Source: Alphaproteobacteria bacterium
GTDB taxonomy: Bacteria; Pseudomonadota; Alphaproteobacteria; MPNO01
Assembly: GCA_965248835.1 (NCBI GenBank)
Contig: CBDFLJ010000002.1
Location: 2,048,001 to 2,112,000, forward strand
Length of the DNA stretch: 64,000 nt
Direction: 5' to 3'
Shown: in pieces, positions 9,370 to 19,197 of the stretch
Layout of the letters: each line of letters starts with the position of its first letter
Position numbering within the stretch: position 1 is the stretch's first letter
Program-made: the position numbers and the translations under genes
The notes under the pieces: generated by a model
What the model saw: the letters and a program-made list of their open reading frames with translations, nothing else
Database searches by the model: none
What the model was told of the DNA's origin: nothing

Positions 9370-11046
9370 ATGCCTGAACCCGGCGGCGGTCCCAGCGCCC
9401 ATCGCGATCAGTTCGCGGCCGAACATCTTCCGCCCCGCGAGCTGTGGCCCGCCTTCGACTACGACAGCCTGCCGGAGCTGCGCGCCTATCCGGCGCGGAT
9501 GAATTGCGGCGCCGTACTGCTGGACGAGACCGCTGCATCGGGCCACCGCGACCGCCCGGTCCTGCACCTGGACGAGACGACCTGGACCTACGGCCAGCTT
9601 CTCGATCTGTCGAACCGCATCGCCCGGGTGCTGGTCGAGGATTGCGGGCTGGTGCCCGGCAACCGCGTTCTGCTGCGCTCGGCGAACACGCCGATGCTGG
9701 TGGCCTGCTGGTTCGCGGTCCTGAAGGCCGGCGGTATCTGCGTGACGACGATGCAGCTCCTGCGCGCGCGCGAGCTGACCTACATCATCGAGAAATCCCA
9801 GGTCAGCCACGCGCTCTGCGACACGGCCCTGTTCGGGGAGCTCGAAGAAGCGAAGGACCGCACCGGCGGGCTGCTCAAGCACCTGCTGGGCTTCACCCCT
9901 CTCGGAGACCGGCCGGGCGAGGCCACGCTCGACAAGGCCGCGGCGGGAAAGCCTTCCGGCTTCCGGGCCTGCGATACCGCAGCCGATGATACCGCGCTGA
10001 TCGCCTTCACCTCCGGCACGACAGGCAGCCCCAAGGCCACCATGCACTTCCACCGCGACGTGATCGCGATGTGCGACTGCTTCCCGCGCTACCTCGATAT
10101 GTCGGCGCCGGAGGACATCTTCACCGGCACCCCGCCGCTCGCCTTCACCTTCGGGCTCGGAGGGCTGACGGCCTTCCCGATGCGCTTCGGCGCATCGACG
10201 CGGTATTTCCGCAAGCCCATGGCGCCGGAGGAGATGCTGGAGGCGATCGAGCGCTATCGCATCACCAGTCTGTACACCGCGCCCACCGCGTATCGGGTGA
10301 TGGCCGGGCTGGCCGACAAGTTCGACCTGTCGAGCCTGACCAAATGCGTCTCGGCCGGCGAGACCCTGCCCAAGGCGACCTGGGAGGCCTTCCACCAGGC
10401 GACCGGTTTGCCAATCGTCGACGGGCTGGGCTCGACGGAGATGCTGCACATCTTCGTGGCCGCATCGCGCCCGGAAATGCGTGCCGGCTTCACCGGCAAG
10501 GCGATTCCCGGCTATCAGGCCCGCGTGGTCGATGACCAGGGCAATCCGCTGCCGCCCGGCCGGGCCGGGCTGCTGGCCACCCGCGGACCCACCGGATGCC
10601 GCTATCTCGACGATCAGGAGCGCCAGCAGATCTATGTCCGCAAGGGCTGGAACTATCCGGGCGACGTCTACGAGATCAACGACGACGGCTATTTCCGCTA
10701 TGTCGCCCGCGCCGACGACATGATCATCTCGGCCGGCTACAACATCTCGGGGCCCGAAGTGGAGGGTGCGCTGCTCGACCATCCCGCGGTCGCCGAATGC
10801 GCGGTCATCGCAAAGCCCGATGTCCAGCGCACCAACATCGTCAAGGCCTTCGTGGTCTTGCGCGAGGGCGCCGGCCGGGACGATGCAACGGCGCAGGCGT
10901 TGCAGGACTTCGTCAAGGCCGAGATCGCGCCCTACAAATATCCACGCGAGATCGAGTTCGTCGACGAACTGCCCAAGACCGAAACCGGCAAGCTGCAGCG
11001 CTTTCGCCTGCGTCGGCAGGAAGCCGGGGAGCCGTCGCAGACGTGA
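9370..11046 (+). CDS. Benzoate/2-aminobenzoate-CoA ligase family protein (AbmG-like)
   Basis: FTSGTTGSPKATMHFH, DGLGSTE, GPTGCRY, RADDMIISAGYNISGPEVE, PKTETGK. Confidence 0.9.
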   Translation: MPEPGGGPSAHRDQFAAEHLPPRELWPAFDYDSLPELRAYPARMNCGAVLLDETAASGHRDRPVLHLDETTWTYGQLLDLSNRIARVLVEDCGLVPGNRVLLRSANTPMLVACWFAVLKAGGICVTTMQLLRARELTYIIEKSQVSHALCDTALFGELEEAKDRTGGLLKHLLGFTPLGDRPGEATLDKAAAGKPSGFRACDTAADDTALIAFTSGTTGSPKATMHFHRDVIAMCDCFPRYLDMSAPEDIFTGTPPLAFTFGLGGLTAFPMRFGASTRYFRKPMAPEEMLEAIERYRITSLYTAPTAYRVMAGLADKFDLSSLTKCVSAGETLPKATWEAFHQATGLPIVDGLGSTEMLHIFVAASRPEMRAGFTGKAIPGYQARVVDDQGNPLPPGRAGLLATRGPTGCRYLDDQERQQIYVRKGWNYPGDVYEINDDGYFRYVARADDMIISAGYNISGPEVEGALLDHPAVAECAVIAKPDVQRTNIVKAFVVLREGAGRDDATAQALQDFVKAEIAPYKYPREIEFVDELPKTETGKLQRFRLRRQEAGEPSQT

Positions 11047-12227
11047 GCCGGCGCAAGATCCTGATCGCCGGCGCGGGGCTCGGCGGCCTGTCCGCCGCAT
11101 GCTGCCTGCTCCAGGCCGGACACGATGTCGAGATATACGAACAGGCGTCCGAACTGGGCGAGGTCGGCGCCGGGATCCAACTCAGCGCCAACGCGATGCA
11201 CGTGCTCGCCTCGCTCGGTCTGGCCGACGCGATCTCGGCGATCTCCGTCCGGCCGGGAGCCTATGTCTTCCGGCTGTTCGATACCGGCGAGATCATCGAC
11301 CAGTTCCCGCTGTCCGATGCGCATCTGGCGCTTCACGGCGCACCCTACAACCAGATCCACCGCGCGGACCTTCACGACCTGCTGGCCGCCCGTGTCGGCG
11401 CGCTCAAGCCCGATGTCATCCACCTCGACAAACGCGTGACCGGCTTCACCGAGGGCGATGACGGCGTCGTGCTGCGCTTTGCCGATGGAACGCGCGCCCG
11501 CGGCGACCTGCTGATCGGGGCCGACGGGCTCAAGTCGGTGGTCCGCGACGGGATCTGCGGCGCGATGCCGGCGTTCTATACCGGCAATGCGGTCTGGCGG
11601 TTGATCGTGCCGCGCGCGCAACTGCCCCGGGACTTCATCGAACAGGTCATGTCGGTGTGGATGGGTCCCGGCCGCCATGCGGTGGGCTATTACATCCGCG
11701 GCGGCGCGCTGTTCAATTTCGCCGGCAGCGTCGAGACCGAAGACGTCAGCGAGGAATCCTGGACCACGCGGCTTCCCTGGGAGACCCTGATGGCCGATTT
11801 CTCCGGGTGGAACCGGACCGTCCAGACGATCATCGAGCTTGCCGACCGGGAGGCCTGCTATCGCTGGTCGCTGTTCCGCCGCCCGGTGCCCGATGTGTGG
11901 AGTTCAGCGTGCGCGACCATCCTGGGCGATGCCGCGCATGCCACGCTCCCCTATCTCGCCCAGGGGGCTGCGATGGCGATCGAGGATGGCGCGGTCCTTG
12001 CCCGCGCACTCGACCAGGCCGACGCGCTGGCCGATGCGCTGGAGCTCTACCAGCGCAACCGGATCGAGCGCACCAGGCGGGTGGTCGATCAATCGAAAGT
12101 CATGGGGCGGCGGTTTCATCTCGACAGCGAGGCGGCGATTCGCGCTTCTTTCGCCGACCGCAACGAGGGCGCGGACCGCAACGATTGGCTGTATTCCTAC
12201 AACCCGCTGACGGTCCCGCTGACCTGA
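11043..12227 (+). CDS. FAD-dependent monooxygenase (salicylate/3-hydroxybenzoate hydroxylase-like)
   Basis: GAGLGG, EVGAGIQ, IGADG, GDAAHATLPYLAQGAAMAIED; GTG start overlaps the ligase stop. Confidence 0.9.
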   Translation: MSRRKILIAGAGLGGLSAACCLLQAGHDVEIYEQASELGEVGAGIQLSANAMHVLASLGLADAISAISVRPGAYVFRLFDTGEIIDQFPLSDAHLALHGAPYNQIHRADLHDLLAARVGALKPDVIHLDKRVTGFTEGDDGVVLRFADGTRARGDLLIGADGLKSVVRDGICGAMPAFYTGNAVWRLIVPRAQLPRDFIEQVMSVWMGPGRHAVGYYIRGGALFNFAGSVETEDVSEESWTTRLPWETLMADFSGWNRTVQTIIELADREACYRWSLFRRPVPDVWSSACATILGDAAHATLPYLAQGAAMAIEDGAVLARALDQADALADALELYQRNRIERTRRVVDQSKVMGRRFHLDSEAAIRASFADRNEGADRNDWLYSYNPLTVPLT

Positions 12228-13555
12228 TCGCGGCCCAGCGGCAGCGGCTGCTCGGCGAGCATGGCGGCCAGGACGACCTCGCGGACGCGTTCGGGGTCCA
12301 GGCCGTAGGACTCGATCATGTCGGCGGTCTCGGCAATGATCGCGTCGGCGTCCTGCATGAGTTTCAGGCGCTTGAACAGGTCGGGACGGGCGAGCCCCAT
12401 GCTCTCACCGACCAGTTCCATGAAATTGACCACCTCGAAGGGCCAGTCGCGCTCGTGGCTGCAGAGCTCGCGGTGACAGGCGTGGTAAATGCCGGCGAGC
12501 GCCGTGACGCCCGCCGCCTCGGCCGCCGCGAGCTGTTCGGCATGGACATCGCGCTTGTACTCGGGGAGCACCGAGAGCGTGTTGCACATGTAGCCCACGC
12601 GCGGCTGTGCGAGATCGACGAATTCGAGCCCGGGGATCGCGCGCAGGATCTTCTCGGCGGCCTCGGTGATGCCAGGAACGCCGGGATGCTCGTGAAGGCC
12701 GACCCGCTTGTCGACCGGTCGGGTCATCAGCGGACGCAGCGCATCGAGCCTGCCTGCGAGATAGACGACGAACGGCGTCAGGTCGAAGGGTGAGCCTTCG
12801 ACGCGGGCGTAGGTCTCCAGCGCCGCCTCGCCGAGATGGACCTGACAGCTCGGACACCAGGACAGGACCTCGCCGACGCCGGTCTCGGCGAACCGGTCGA
12901 TCGTGCGGTAGGCGCTCGCGCCGAATTTTTCCAGGTCGCCCGAAGTGAACTGATAGACCCCACAGCAAAACGACGGACCGCCGCGCACGACATAGCGCAC
13001 GCCCAGCGCGTCCATCACATCCAGGCACAACAGCGCGATGTGCGGGGTCTTCAGGACATTGCAGCCGGTGTAGAAGACGGTGTCGGGATCCTCCGGCTCG
13101 GGGTCGGGATCGTCGAGCTGTCCCAGCCGTGCCAGCAGGTCCGGCGCGAGCTGCAGCCGTGACAGCGTGCGCACGCCGCGGCTCATGGCCCCGAACTGCT
13201 TGCCGCCGCCGGCCCGCAGCGCCGCCGGGTCGAGATCGCCGCGCAGCCCGCTGATCCGCGCAAGCCGCAGCATAAAACGCGGGTTGACGCCGTACTCGCA
13301 GGCCGAGATGCAGTGCCCGCTCCCGGTGCAGATTTCGGACCAGCGGCGCGCGGCTTCCGGCCCCTGTCCGGTCTTCAGCAACGCGATCACGCCGGCGGTC
13401 ACGGCAGCGGAGTCCGTCACGTCCAGCCCGGCGGGCCCGGGCATCGGGCAGACCTCGACACATTTGCCGCACTTGACGCAGCTTTCCAGGATCTCGGCAC
13501 GCCGTGAGTCCAGCGCCCGCATGAAATCAACAGATCGGTCCGAACCGTCAGGCAT
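12197..13555 (-). CDS. Fe-S binding protein with 4Fe-4S and CCG domains (HdrD/GlpC-like)
   Basis: CVKCGKCVEVCP, CTGSGHCISAC, YTGC, FCCG, WCPSC, YHAC; start uncertain (13522-13579). Confidence 0.85.
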   Translation of the reverse strand: MPDGSDRSVDFMRALDSRRAEILESCVKCGKCVEVCPMPGPAGLDVTDSAAVTAGVIALLKTGQGPEAARRWSEICTGSGHCISACEYGVNPRFMLRLARISGLRGDLDPAALRAGGGKQFGAMSRGVRTLSRLQLAPDLLARLGQLDDPDPEPEDPDTVFYTGCNVLKTPHIALLCLDVMDALGVRYVVRGGPSFCCGVYQFTSGDLEKFGASAYRTIDRFAETGVGEVLSWCPSCQVHLGEAALETYARVEGSPFDLTPFVVYLAGRLDALRPLMTRPVDKRVGLHEHPGVPGITEAAEKILRAIPGLEFVDLAQPRVGYMCNTLSVLPEYKRDVHAEQLAAAEAAGVTALAGIYHACHRELCSHERDWPFEVVNFMELVGESMGLARPDLFKRLKLMQDADAIIAETADMIESYGLDPERVREVVLAAMLAEQPLPLGRDQVSGTVSGL

Positions 13556-13612
13556 GAGACCGCTTCCCTCGACAATCATTCGTCGTTCATCATAACACAG
13601 CCCGGGCGCGGC

Positions 13613-16027
13613 TCACCCCGGGCGTGCGCCGCTCGCGCCGGCGGCGCCGACCGCGGCGCCCTTCTGTTCCCATTCCTCGGAGCCGGCGTCGGTGCGGAAG
13701 CGGCGTCTTGCGGCATGCTCGGCCGGCTTGGCCGCCTCGCGCAGCTCCTCGACCGCCTCGCGCTCGCGCGCGAACTGGCGGTAGGCGGCGAACTTCGCCG
13801 AGATGTACTGGTCCGGCCAGTCGATCGGCTCATAGCCGTAATGGGCCGCAGCCTGCTGGGTGAAATAGGGGTTGTAGAGATGGGTGCGGGCAAGCGCCAC
13901 CAGGTCGGCGCGGCCCGCCGCGACGATGGTGTTGACCTGGTCCCAGGTGAAGATGTTGCCGGCGACCAAGGTCGGGACCCCGGCATCGATCCGGATCTGC
14001 TCGGAGAACGGGGTCTGGAACATCCTCCCGTAGACCGGCTTTTCTTCCGATGCGGTCTGGCCGGTGGAGACGTTGACCAGATCGACCCCGTGGGCACGGA
14101 ACGCCTTGGCGATCGCCACCGCGTCCTCGCCCTGGTTGCCGCCGGGGACCCAGTCATGGGCCGAGATCCTGGTCGACAGCGCCCGGTCGGACGGCCAGAC
14201 GGCCTTGACCGCATCGAAGACCTCCAGCGGGTAGCGCAGCCTGTTCTCCACGCTGCCGCCGTATTCGTCGGTCCGCCGGTTGGTATAGGGCGACAGGAAC
14301 TCGGCCAGGAGATAGCCGTGGGCGCAGTGGAGCTCGGCCATGTCGAAGCCGGCCCGCGCCGCGCGCTCGAACGCGGCCACGAAATCGGCCTTCACCCGGT
14401 CCATGTCCTCGCGCGTCATCGCGCGCGGGACCTGGGAATGGGGCAGGTACGGCAAGGGCGAGGGCGCGATGATCGGCCACGCCTGGGCATCGTCCAGCGG
14501 CTGGTCGATCCCTTCCCAGGCGAGCTTCGTTGCGCCCTTGCGCCCGGCATGGCCGATTTGCATGCAGATCTTGGCCGGCGTGTATTGGTGCACGAAGTCG
14601 ACCACCCGCTTCCAGGCGGCCTCGTGGCCGTCGGTCCAGATGCCGGCGCAGCCGTGGGTTATCCGCGCGTCGGGCGCGATGCAGCTCATCTCGGTGAACA
14701 CCAGCCCTGGCCCGCCCATCGCCCGGCTGGTGAGATGGACGTAGTGCCAGTCACCGGGCATTCCGTCCTCGGCGCAGTACTGGCACATCGGCGCGACGAC
14801 GACGCGGTTGGCGAGCCGGATCCCGCCGATGGTTGCCGGCGTAAACATCGGTGGCGCGGGGTCCTCGGCCAGCGCGGTCACGCCTTCGGCCGTGGCGACC
14901 GCCGACGAGAACGCGCGGTCGACCTCGGCGACGAAGGACGCATCGCGGATCCTGAGGTTGTCGTAGGTGAGCGCCTTGGAACGCGACATCAGGCTGAAGG
15001 CGAACTGCATCGGCTCCATGTCCCAATAGCGCTCGACGTGCTCGAACCAGGACAGCGAGACGTCGGCGGCGTGCTGCAGCCGACCGACATCGTCGCGCCG
15101 GTTGACGTCGTAGGCGGCCAGCGCCCCGGCGACGCTGCCGTGTTGGTTGAACTCCTCGAACAGCGCGATCGCGTCCTCCATCGCGAGCTTGGTGCCCGAG
15201 CCGATCGAGAAATGCGCGGTGTGAGCGGCATCGCCCATGAGCACCATGTTGTCCCGCACCCAGGTCTCGCAGCGGATGGTCGGGAAGTTCCGCCACAATG
15301 AGCGGTTGGCGATCACCGGATGTCCGTCGAGCAGATCGGCGTAGAGCTCGCTGACATAGGCGATCGTGTCGTCTTCGGATGCCTCGGCGAGACCGGCCTT
15401 GTCCCAAACCTCGTCCGTGGTCTCGACGATCCAGGTCGTCATTTCGTTGTTGTACTGGTAGGCGTGCAGGTTCCAGATGCCGACATTGTTCTCGCGGAAA
15501 TCGAAGGTGAAGGCCGGCAGCGGCCGCGTGCTGCCGAGCCAGACGAATTTGTTGGGCCGCCAGTCGACGCTCGGCCGGAAATGCTCGGCGTAGGTGTCGC
15601 GGATCCAGCTATTGATGCCGTTGCATGCGAGCACCAAATCGGCGCCTCCGACCTCCTCGAGCGAGCGGATCTCGTGCTCGAAGACCATCTCGATGCCGAG
15701 CTCGCGGCAGCGGTCCTGGAGCAGCAGCAGCAGCTCCTTGCGCGACATGCCGCAGAAGCCGTGGCCGCCGGAGGTGATCTTGCGGCCCCTGAAATAGATG
15801 TCGATGTCATCCCAATAGGCGAAGCTCGACCGGATCCGGTCGTAGGACGGCGCGTCGTAGTCGCGGAAATGACCCAATGTCTCGGCCGAGAAGACCACGC
15901 CGAAGCCGAACGTGTCGTCGGGCTTGTTCTGCTCGTAGATCGTGATTTCGTGGCTCGGGTCGTTGCCCTTCATCAGCAACGAGAAATAGAACCCTGCCGG
16001 CCCACCGCCGATCACCTCGATCTTCAT
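13613..16027 (-). CDS. abmA: Bifunctional salicylyl-CoA 5-hydroxylase / 2-aminobenzoyl-CoA monooxygenase-reductase (FAD monooxygenase fused to an OYE-like domain)
   Basis: GGGPAG, DTFGFGVVFS, GDAAHTAHFSIGSGTKLAMED, then NRVVVAPMCQY, HAGRKG, HCAHGYLL, NRRTDEYGGS. Confidence 0.9.
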   Translation of the reverse strand: MKIEVIGGGPAGFYFSLLMKGNDPSHEITIYEQNKPDDTFGFGVVFSAETLGHFRDYDAPSYDRIRSSFAYWDDIDIYFRGRKITSGGHGFCGMSRKELLLLLQDRCRELGIEMVFEHEIRSLEEVGGADLVLACNGINSWIRDTYAEHFRPSVDWRPNKFVWLGSTRPLPAFTFDFRENNVGIWNLHAYQYNNEMTTWIVETTDEVWDKAGLAEASEDDTIAYVSELYADLLDGHPVIANRSLWRNFPTIRCETWVRDNMVLMGDAAHTAHFSIGSGTKLAMEDAIALFEEFNQHGSVAGALAAYDVNRRDDVGRLQHAADVSLSWFEHVERYWDMEPMQFAFSLMSRSKALTYDNLRIRDASFVAEVDRAFSSAVATAEGVTALAEDPAPPMFTPATIGGIRLANRVVVAPMCQYCAEDGMPGDWHYVHLTSRAMGGPGLVFTEMSCIAPDARITHGCAGIWTDGHEAAWKRVVDFVHQYTPAKICMQIGHAGRKGATKLAWEGIDQPLDDAQAWPIIAPSPLPYLPHSQVPRAMTREDMDRVKADFVAAFERAARAGFDMAELHCAHGYLLAEFLSPYTNRRTDEYGGSVENRLRYPLEVFDAVKAVWPSDRALSTRISAHDWVPGGNQGEDAVAIAKAFRAHGVDLVNVSTGQTASEEKPVYGRMFQTPFSEQIRIDAGVPTLVAGNIFTWDQVNTIVAAGRADLVALARTHLYNPYFTQQAAAHYGYEPIDWPDQYISAKFAAYRQFAREREAVEELREAAKPAEHAARRRFRTDAGSEEWEQKGAAVGAAGASGARPG

Positions 16028-16051
16028 CGCCGTCTCCCGGTTCGCTCAAAA

Positions 16052-16107
16052 TTTATTTGAAGCTTAAATTATTTTCGCCTTCAAGGTCAATTTATTTTAG
16101 GTCTAAA
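16052..16107. promoter_or_regulatory. Two operator-like dyads (TTGAAGCTTAAA, TTTAGGTCTAAA) upstream of abmA
   Basis: AT-rich patch matching the TTTA-N4-TAAA core at 5931-5952. Confidence 0.6.
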
Positions 16108-16170
16108 CGATTATCCCAACGACGCCGCGGACGAGCGGGGCCGCCCCGCCTCCCGGGCTTGAGACCCGGC

Positions 16171-16689
16171 TCAGTCGAACAGGTCGGGCTGGCGGCCGTC
16201 GCGCTTGGGGCGGTCCCGCGCCGCGACCGTCGCCTCGTCCTCGATACGGCCGTCGCCGCGGATATGGAGCACCCGAGCACCCTTGGCCCGGAGCGGCGGG
16301 ACAAGCAGGAACCGGCGGTGGCAGCGGCGCGGATCCTCCTCGGCGCAGACCAGTGCCAGGCGCCGGGAGCCGGCGCGGTCGTATACCGCATCGATGTCGG
16401 CCTGAAAGGCGGGCCAGGCACGCACCGCGTCCCAGTCGGGCGCGCCATCGGCGTCACGCAAGCCGGACGCGCTCGGCCGTCCCGACAAGGTCTCGCCGAA
16501 CCAGGCGTAGGCGATGCCGGAAGCTTCGAGCGCTGCGCGGAAGCGCTCTCGGTTGAACTGCGGGTTGAAGCGGGAATAGGGCTGGCCCCGGACATCGACG
16601 ATCAGGGCGACGTCATGCCGGCGGGCGAGCTCGACGAATCTCGCAATCGGATGGCGCGAATGGCCGAGCGTCCAGAGCGTGCGGCTCAT
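16171..16689 (-). CDS. DUF488 family protein
   Basis: WTLGHS, VDVRGQPYSRFNPQFN, LSGRP, LVCAEEDPRRCHR. Confidence 0.88.
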   Translation of the reverse strand: MSRTLWTLGHSRHPIARFVELARRHDVALIVDVRGQPYSRFNPQFNRERFRAALEASGIAYAWFGETLSGRPSASGLRDADGAPDWDAVRAWPAFQADIDAVYDRAGSRRLALVCAEEDPRRCHRRFLLVPPLRAKGARVLHIRGDGRIEDEATVAARDRPKRDGRQPDLFD

Positions 16690-16776
16690 GATCCGATATC
16701 CAAGGCGAGAACCCGCGCATTGGACCGTGCAACGATCTCGAGCATCCCTGCGCCCCTCGCCGGAGCGGACAGACTA

Positions 16777-17478
16777 TCAAACGCCGAGATAGCGGTGCTG
16801 GATTTCCTCGGCGCCGCGCAGCGCCTCGGAATCGCCCTGCCAGACGATCTGGCCCCGCTCGACGATGTAGTGGCGGTCGCCGATCCGGGTCAGCGCCTCG
16901 ACCGACTTGTCGATCAACAGGATCGACTGACCTTCCGTCTTCAGGCTGGCCAGGCATTTCCAGATCTCGGTGCGGACCAGCGGCGCCAAGCCTTCGGTCG
17001 CCTCGTCGAGAATCAGAAGCTTGGGATTGGTCATCAGCGCGCGGCCTACCGCCAGCATCTGCTGTTCACCGCCGGACAGCTGCACGCCCATGTTGCCGGC
17101 GCGCTCGGCGAGCCCGGGGAAAAGATCGAAGACCCGATCCTGCGTCCACGGTGTGGGGTTGTCCGCCCGGTTCGCGGCCGTCGCCACCAGGTTCTCCCGG
17201 ACGGTGAGATTGGGGAAGATCTGGCGTCCCTCGGGGACCAGCCCCAGCCCCTTCTGGCCGATCCGGTAGGACGGGCTGCCGCGGATCTCATCGCCCTCGA
17301 AACGGATCGAGCCCGCCTTGGTCGGCGTCAGCCCCATGATCGAGCGGATGGTGGTGGTCTTGCCCATGCCGTTGCGGCCCATCAGGGTGACCACCTCCCC
17401 GGCTTCGACGGAAAACGTCATGCCGAACAGCACCTGGGAGGGACCGTAGGCGGTCTCGAGGTCCTTTACCTCAAGCAA
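16777..17478 (-). CDS. Branched-chain-type ABC transporter ATP-binding protein (LivF-like)
   Basis: GRNGMGKTT, LSGGEQQML, LILDE; TTG start inferred. Confidence 0.92.
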   Translation of the reverse strand: MLEVKDLETAYGPSQVLFGMTFSVEAGEVVTLMGRNGMGKTTTIRSIMGLTPTKAGSIRFEGDEIRGSPSYRIGQKGLGLVPEGRQIFPNLTVRENLVATAANRADNPTPWTQDRVFDLFPGLAERAGNMGVQLSGGEQQMLAVGRALMTNPKLLILDEATEGLAPLVRTEIWKCLASLKTEGQSILLIDKSVEALTRIGDRHYIVERGQIVWQGDSEALRGAEEIQHRYLGV

Positions 17479-18232
17479 CGGGCTGTTCCTCCTCGCCGAG
17501 ATAGGCCGCGCGCACCTCGGCATTGGCGCGGATCGCCTTGGGCGTGCCGGTTGCGATCGCCCGGCCGTAGACCAGGACCGTGATGCGATCGGCCAGCGCG
17601 AAGACGGTGTCCATGTCGTGCTCGATCAGCAGCATCGAGTAGTTGCCCTTGAGCGATCCGAGGAACGCCGTCATCTGCTGGGAGTCCTCGGCCCCCATGC
17701 CGGCGGTTGGCTCGTCCAGCAGAAGCAGCTTCGGCCCGGTGGCCAGCGCCATTGCGATCTCGAGTTGGCGCTGCTCGCCGTGGGCGAGATTGGCGGCGAG
17801 CACTCCGGCGCGTTCGCCGAGACCGACCCGGCCGAGGATCTCCCGCGCCGGCCCGTTCAATGCCTCGTCGTTGAGCGCCGGTCGCCACATCCGGAAGCTG
17901 TGCCCGGAATGCGCCTGGATCGACAGTGCGACATTCTCCAGAGCGGAGAAGTTCTTGAAGATCGAGGTGATCTGGAACGAGCGCGCAAGCCCGGCGTGCG
18001 AGCGCGCCGGCGCCTTGAGGTCGGTGATGTCCTTGCCGTCGAACAGAATGCGGCCGCTGTCGGGGGTGATCATGCCCGAGAGCTGGGCAACGAACGTCGT
18101 CTTGCCGGCGCCGTTGGGGCCGATCACCGCGTGGATCTCGCCCGGCATGACCTCGAAGTCGAGGTTCTCGGTCGCGACCACCCCGCCGAAATGCTTGTTC
18201 AGCCCCTCGACCTTGAGGATCGGCTCAGCCAT
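17471..18232 (-). CDS. ABC transporter ATP-binding protein (LivG-like)
   Basis: GPNGAGKTT, LLLDEPTAG, IEHDM. Confidence 0.93.
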   Translation of the reverse strand: MAEPILKVEGLNKHFGGVVATENLDFEVMPGEIHAVIGPNGAGKTTFVAQLSGMITPDSGRILFDGKDITDLKAPARSHAGLARSFQITSIFKNFSALENVALSIQAHSGHSFRMWRPALNDEALNGPAREILGRVGLGERAGVLAANLAHGEQRQLEIAMALATGPKLLLLDEPTAGMGAEDSQQMTAFLGSLKGNYSMLLIEHDMDTVFALADRITVLVYGRAIATGTPKAIRANAEVRAAYLGEEEQPVA

Positions 18233-19193
18233 CGCGCGCCCGGCCGCCGGGGATCAGCCCCCACAGACCCTGCTTGGCGAACAGCACGAGAATGACCAGG
18301 AGCGGGCCGAAGATGAAATGCCAGTTCTCGCCCGAGCCGGCGATGAAGAGCTCCATCACCTCGGGCACCCACTCCTCGAACAGGAGATAAGCCGCGGCCC
18401 CGAAGGCCGGCCCGAACAGCGAGCCCATGCCGCCCACGAGCACCATGATCATGATCTCGCCCGAACGGAACCAGTGCATGAATTCCGGGGTGACGAACTC
18501 GGTGAGGTTGGCCAGCAGGGCGCCGGCGACTCCGCACATGGCCCCCGAGATGACGAAGGCGATCAGCTTGTACTGGAACGTCGGGAAGCCGATCGCCTGC
18601 ATCCGGTCTTCGTTGGAGTGGCAACCGCGCACGACCATGCCGAAGCGCGAATTGATCAGCCGGTGCATCAAAAAGACGGTGACGATCAGGAAGGCGAGGA
18701 TGACGTAGTAGAGGTTGACCTCCTCATAGAGGTCGAAGCCGGCGAAGAACTCGCTGCGGTCCGAATTGAGCCCGTCGTCGCCGCCATACTCCTCCAGGCT
18801 GATGCCCAGGAAATAGAGCATCTGGGTCAGGGCCAGGGTGATCATGATGAAATAGATCCCGCGGGTCCTGAGGCAGATCGCGCCGATGACCAGGGCGACC
18901 AGGGCAGAGCCGATGATGGCGATCGCGAATTGCAGCCACCCGTTGGTCACGCCATAGAACGACATGATGCCGACCGCATAGGCGCCGAGGCCCAGATAGG
19001 CGGCATGTCCGAAGCTGATCATCCCGCCGAAACCGAGGATCAGGTCGAGGCTCACCGCCGCGATCGCGAAGATCATGATCCGCGCGAACAGCGTGACGTA
19101 GAAATCATCGCCCGCCGCCTCTGCGATCGGGGGGACCACCGCCAGGATGACGAGGCCGGCAGCCAGGACCCAGAGCTTCGTTCGGCTCAGCAC
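18225..19193 (-). CDS. ABC transporter permease (LivM-like)
   Basis: SFGHAAY, YFIMITLA, GGMGSLFGP; hydrophobic. Confidence 0.92.
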   Translation of the reverse strand: MLSRTKLWVLAAGLVILAVVPPIAEAAGDDFYVTLFARIMIFAIAAVSLDLILGFGGMISFGHAAYLGLGAYAVGIMSFYGVTNGWLQFAIAIIGSALVALVIGAICLRTRGIYFIMITLALTQMLYFLGISLEEYGGDDGLNSDRSEFFAGFDLYEEVNLYYVILAFLIVTVFLMHRLINSRFGMVVRGCHSNEDRMQAIGFPTFQYKLIAFVISGAMCGVAGALLANLTEFVTPEFMHWFRSGEIMIMVLVGGMGSLFGPAFGAAAYLLFEEWVPEVMELFIAGSGENWHFIFGPLLVILVLFAKQGLWGLIPGGRARDG

Positions 19194-19197
19194 GGCA

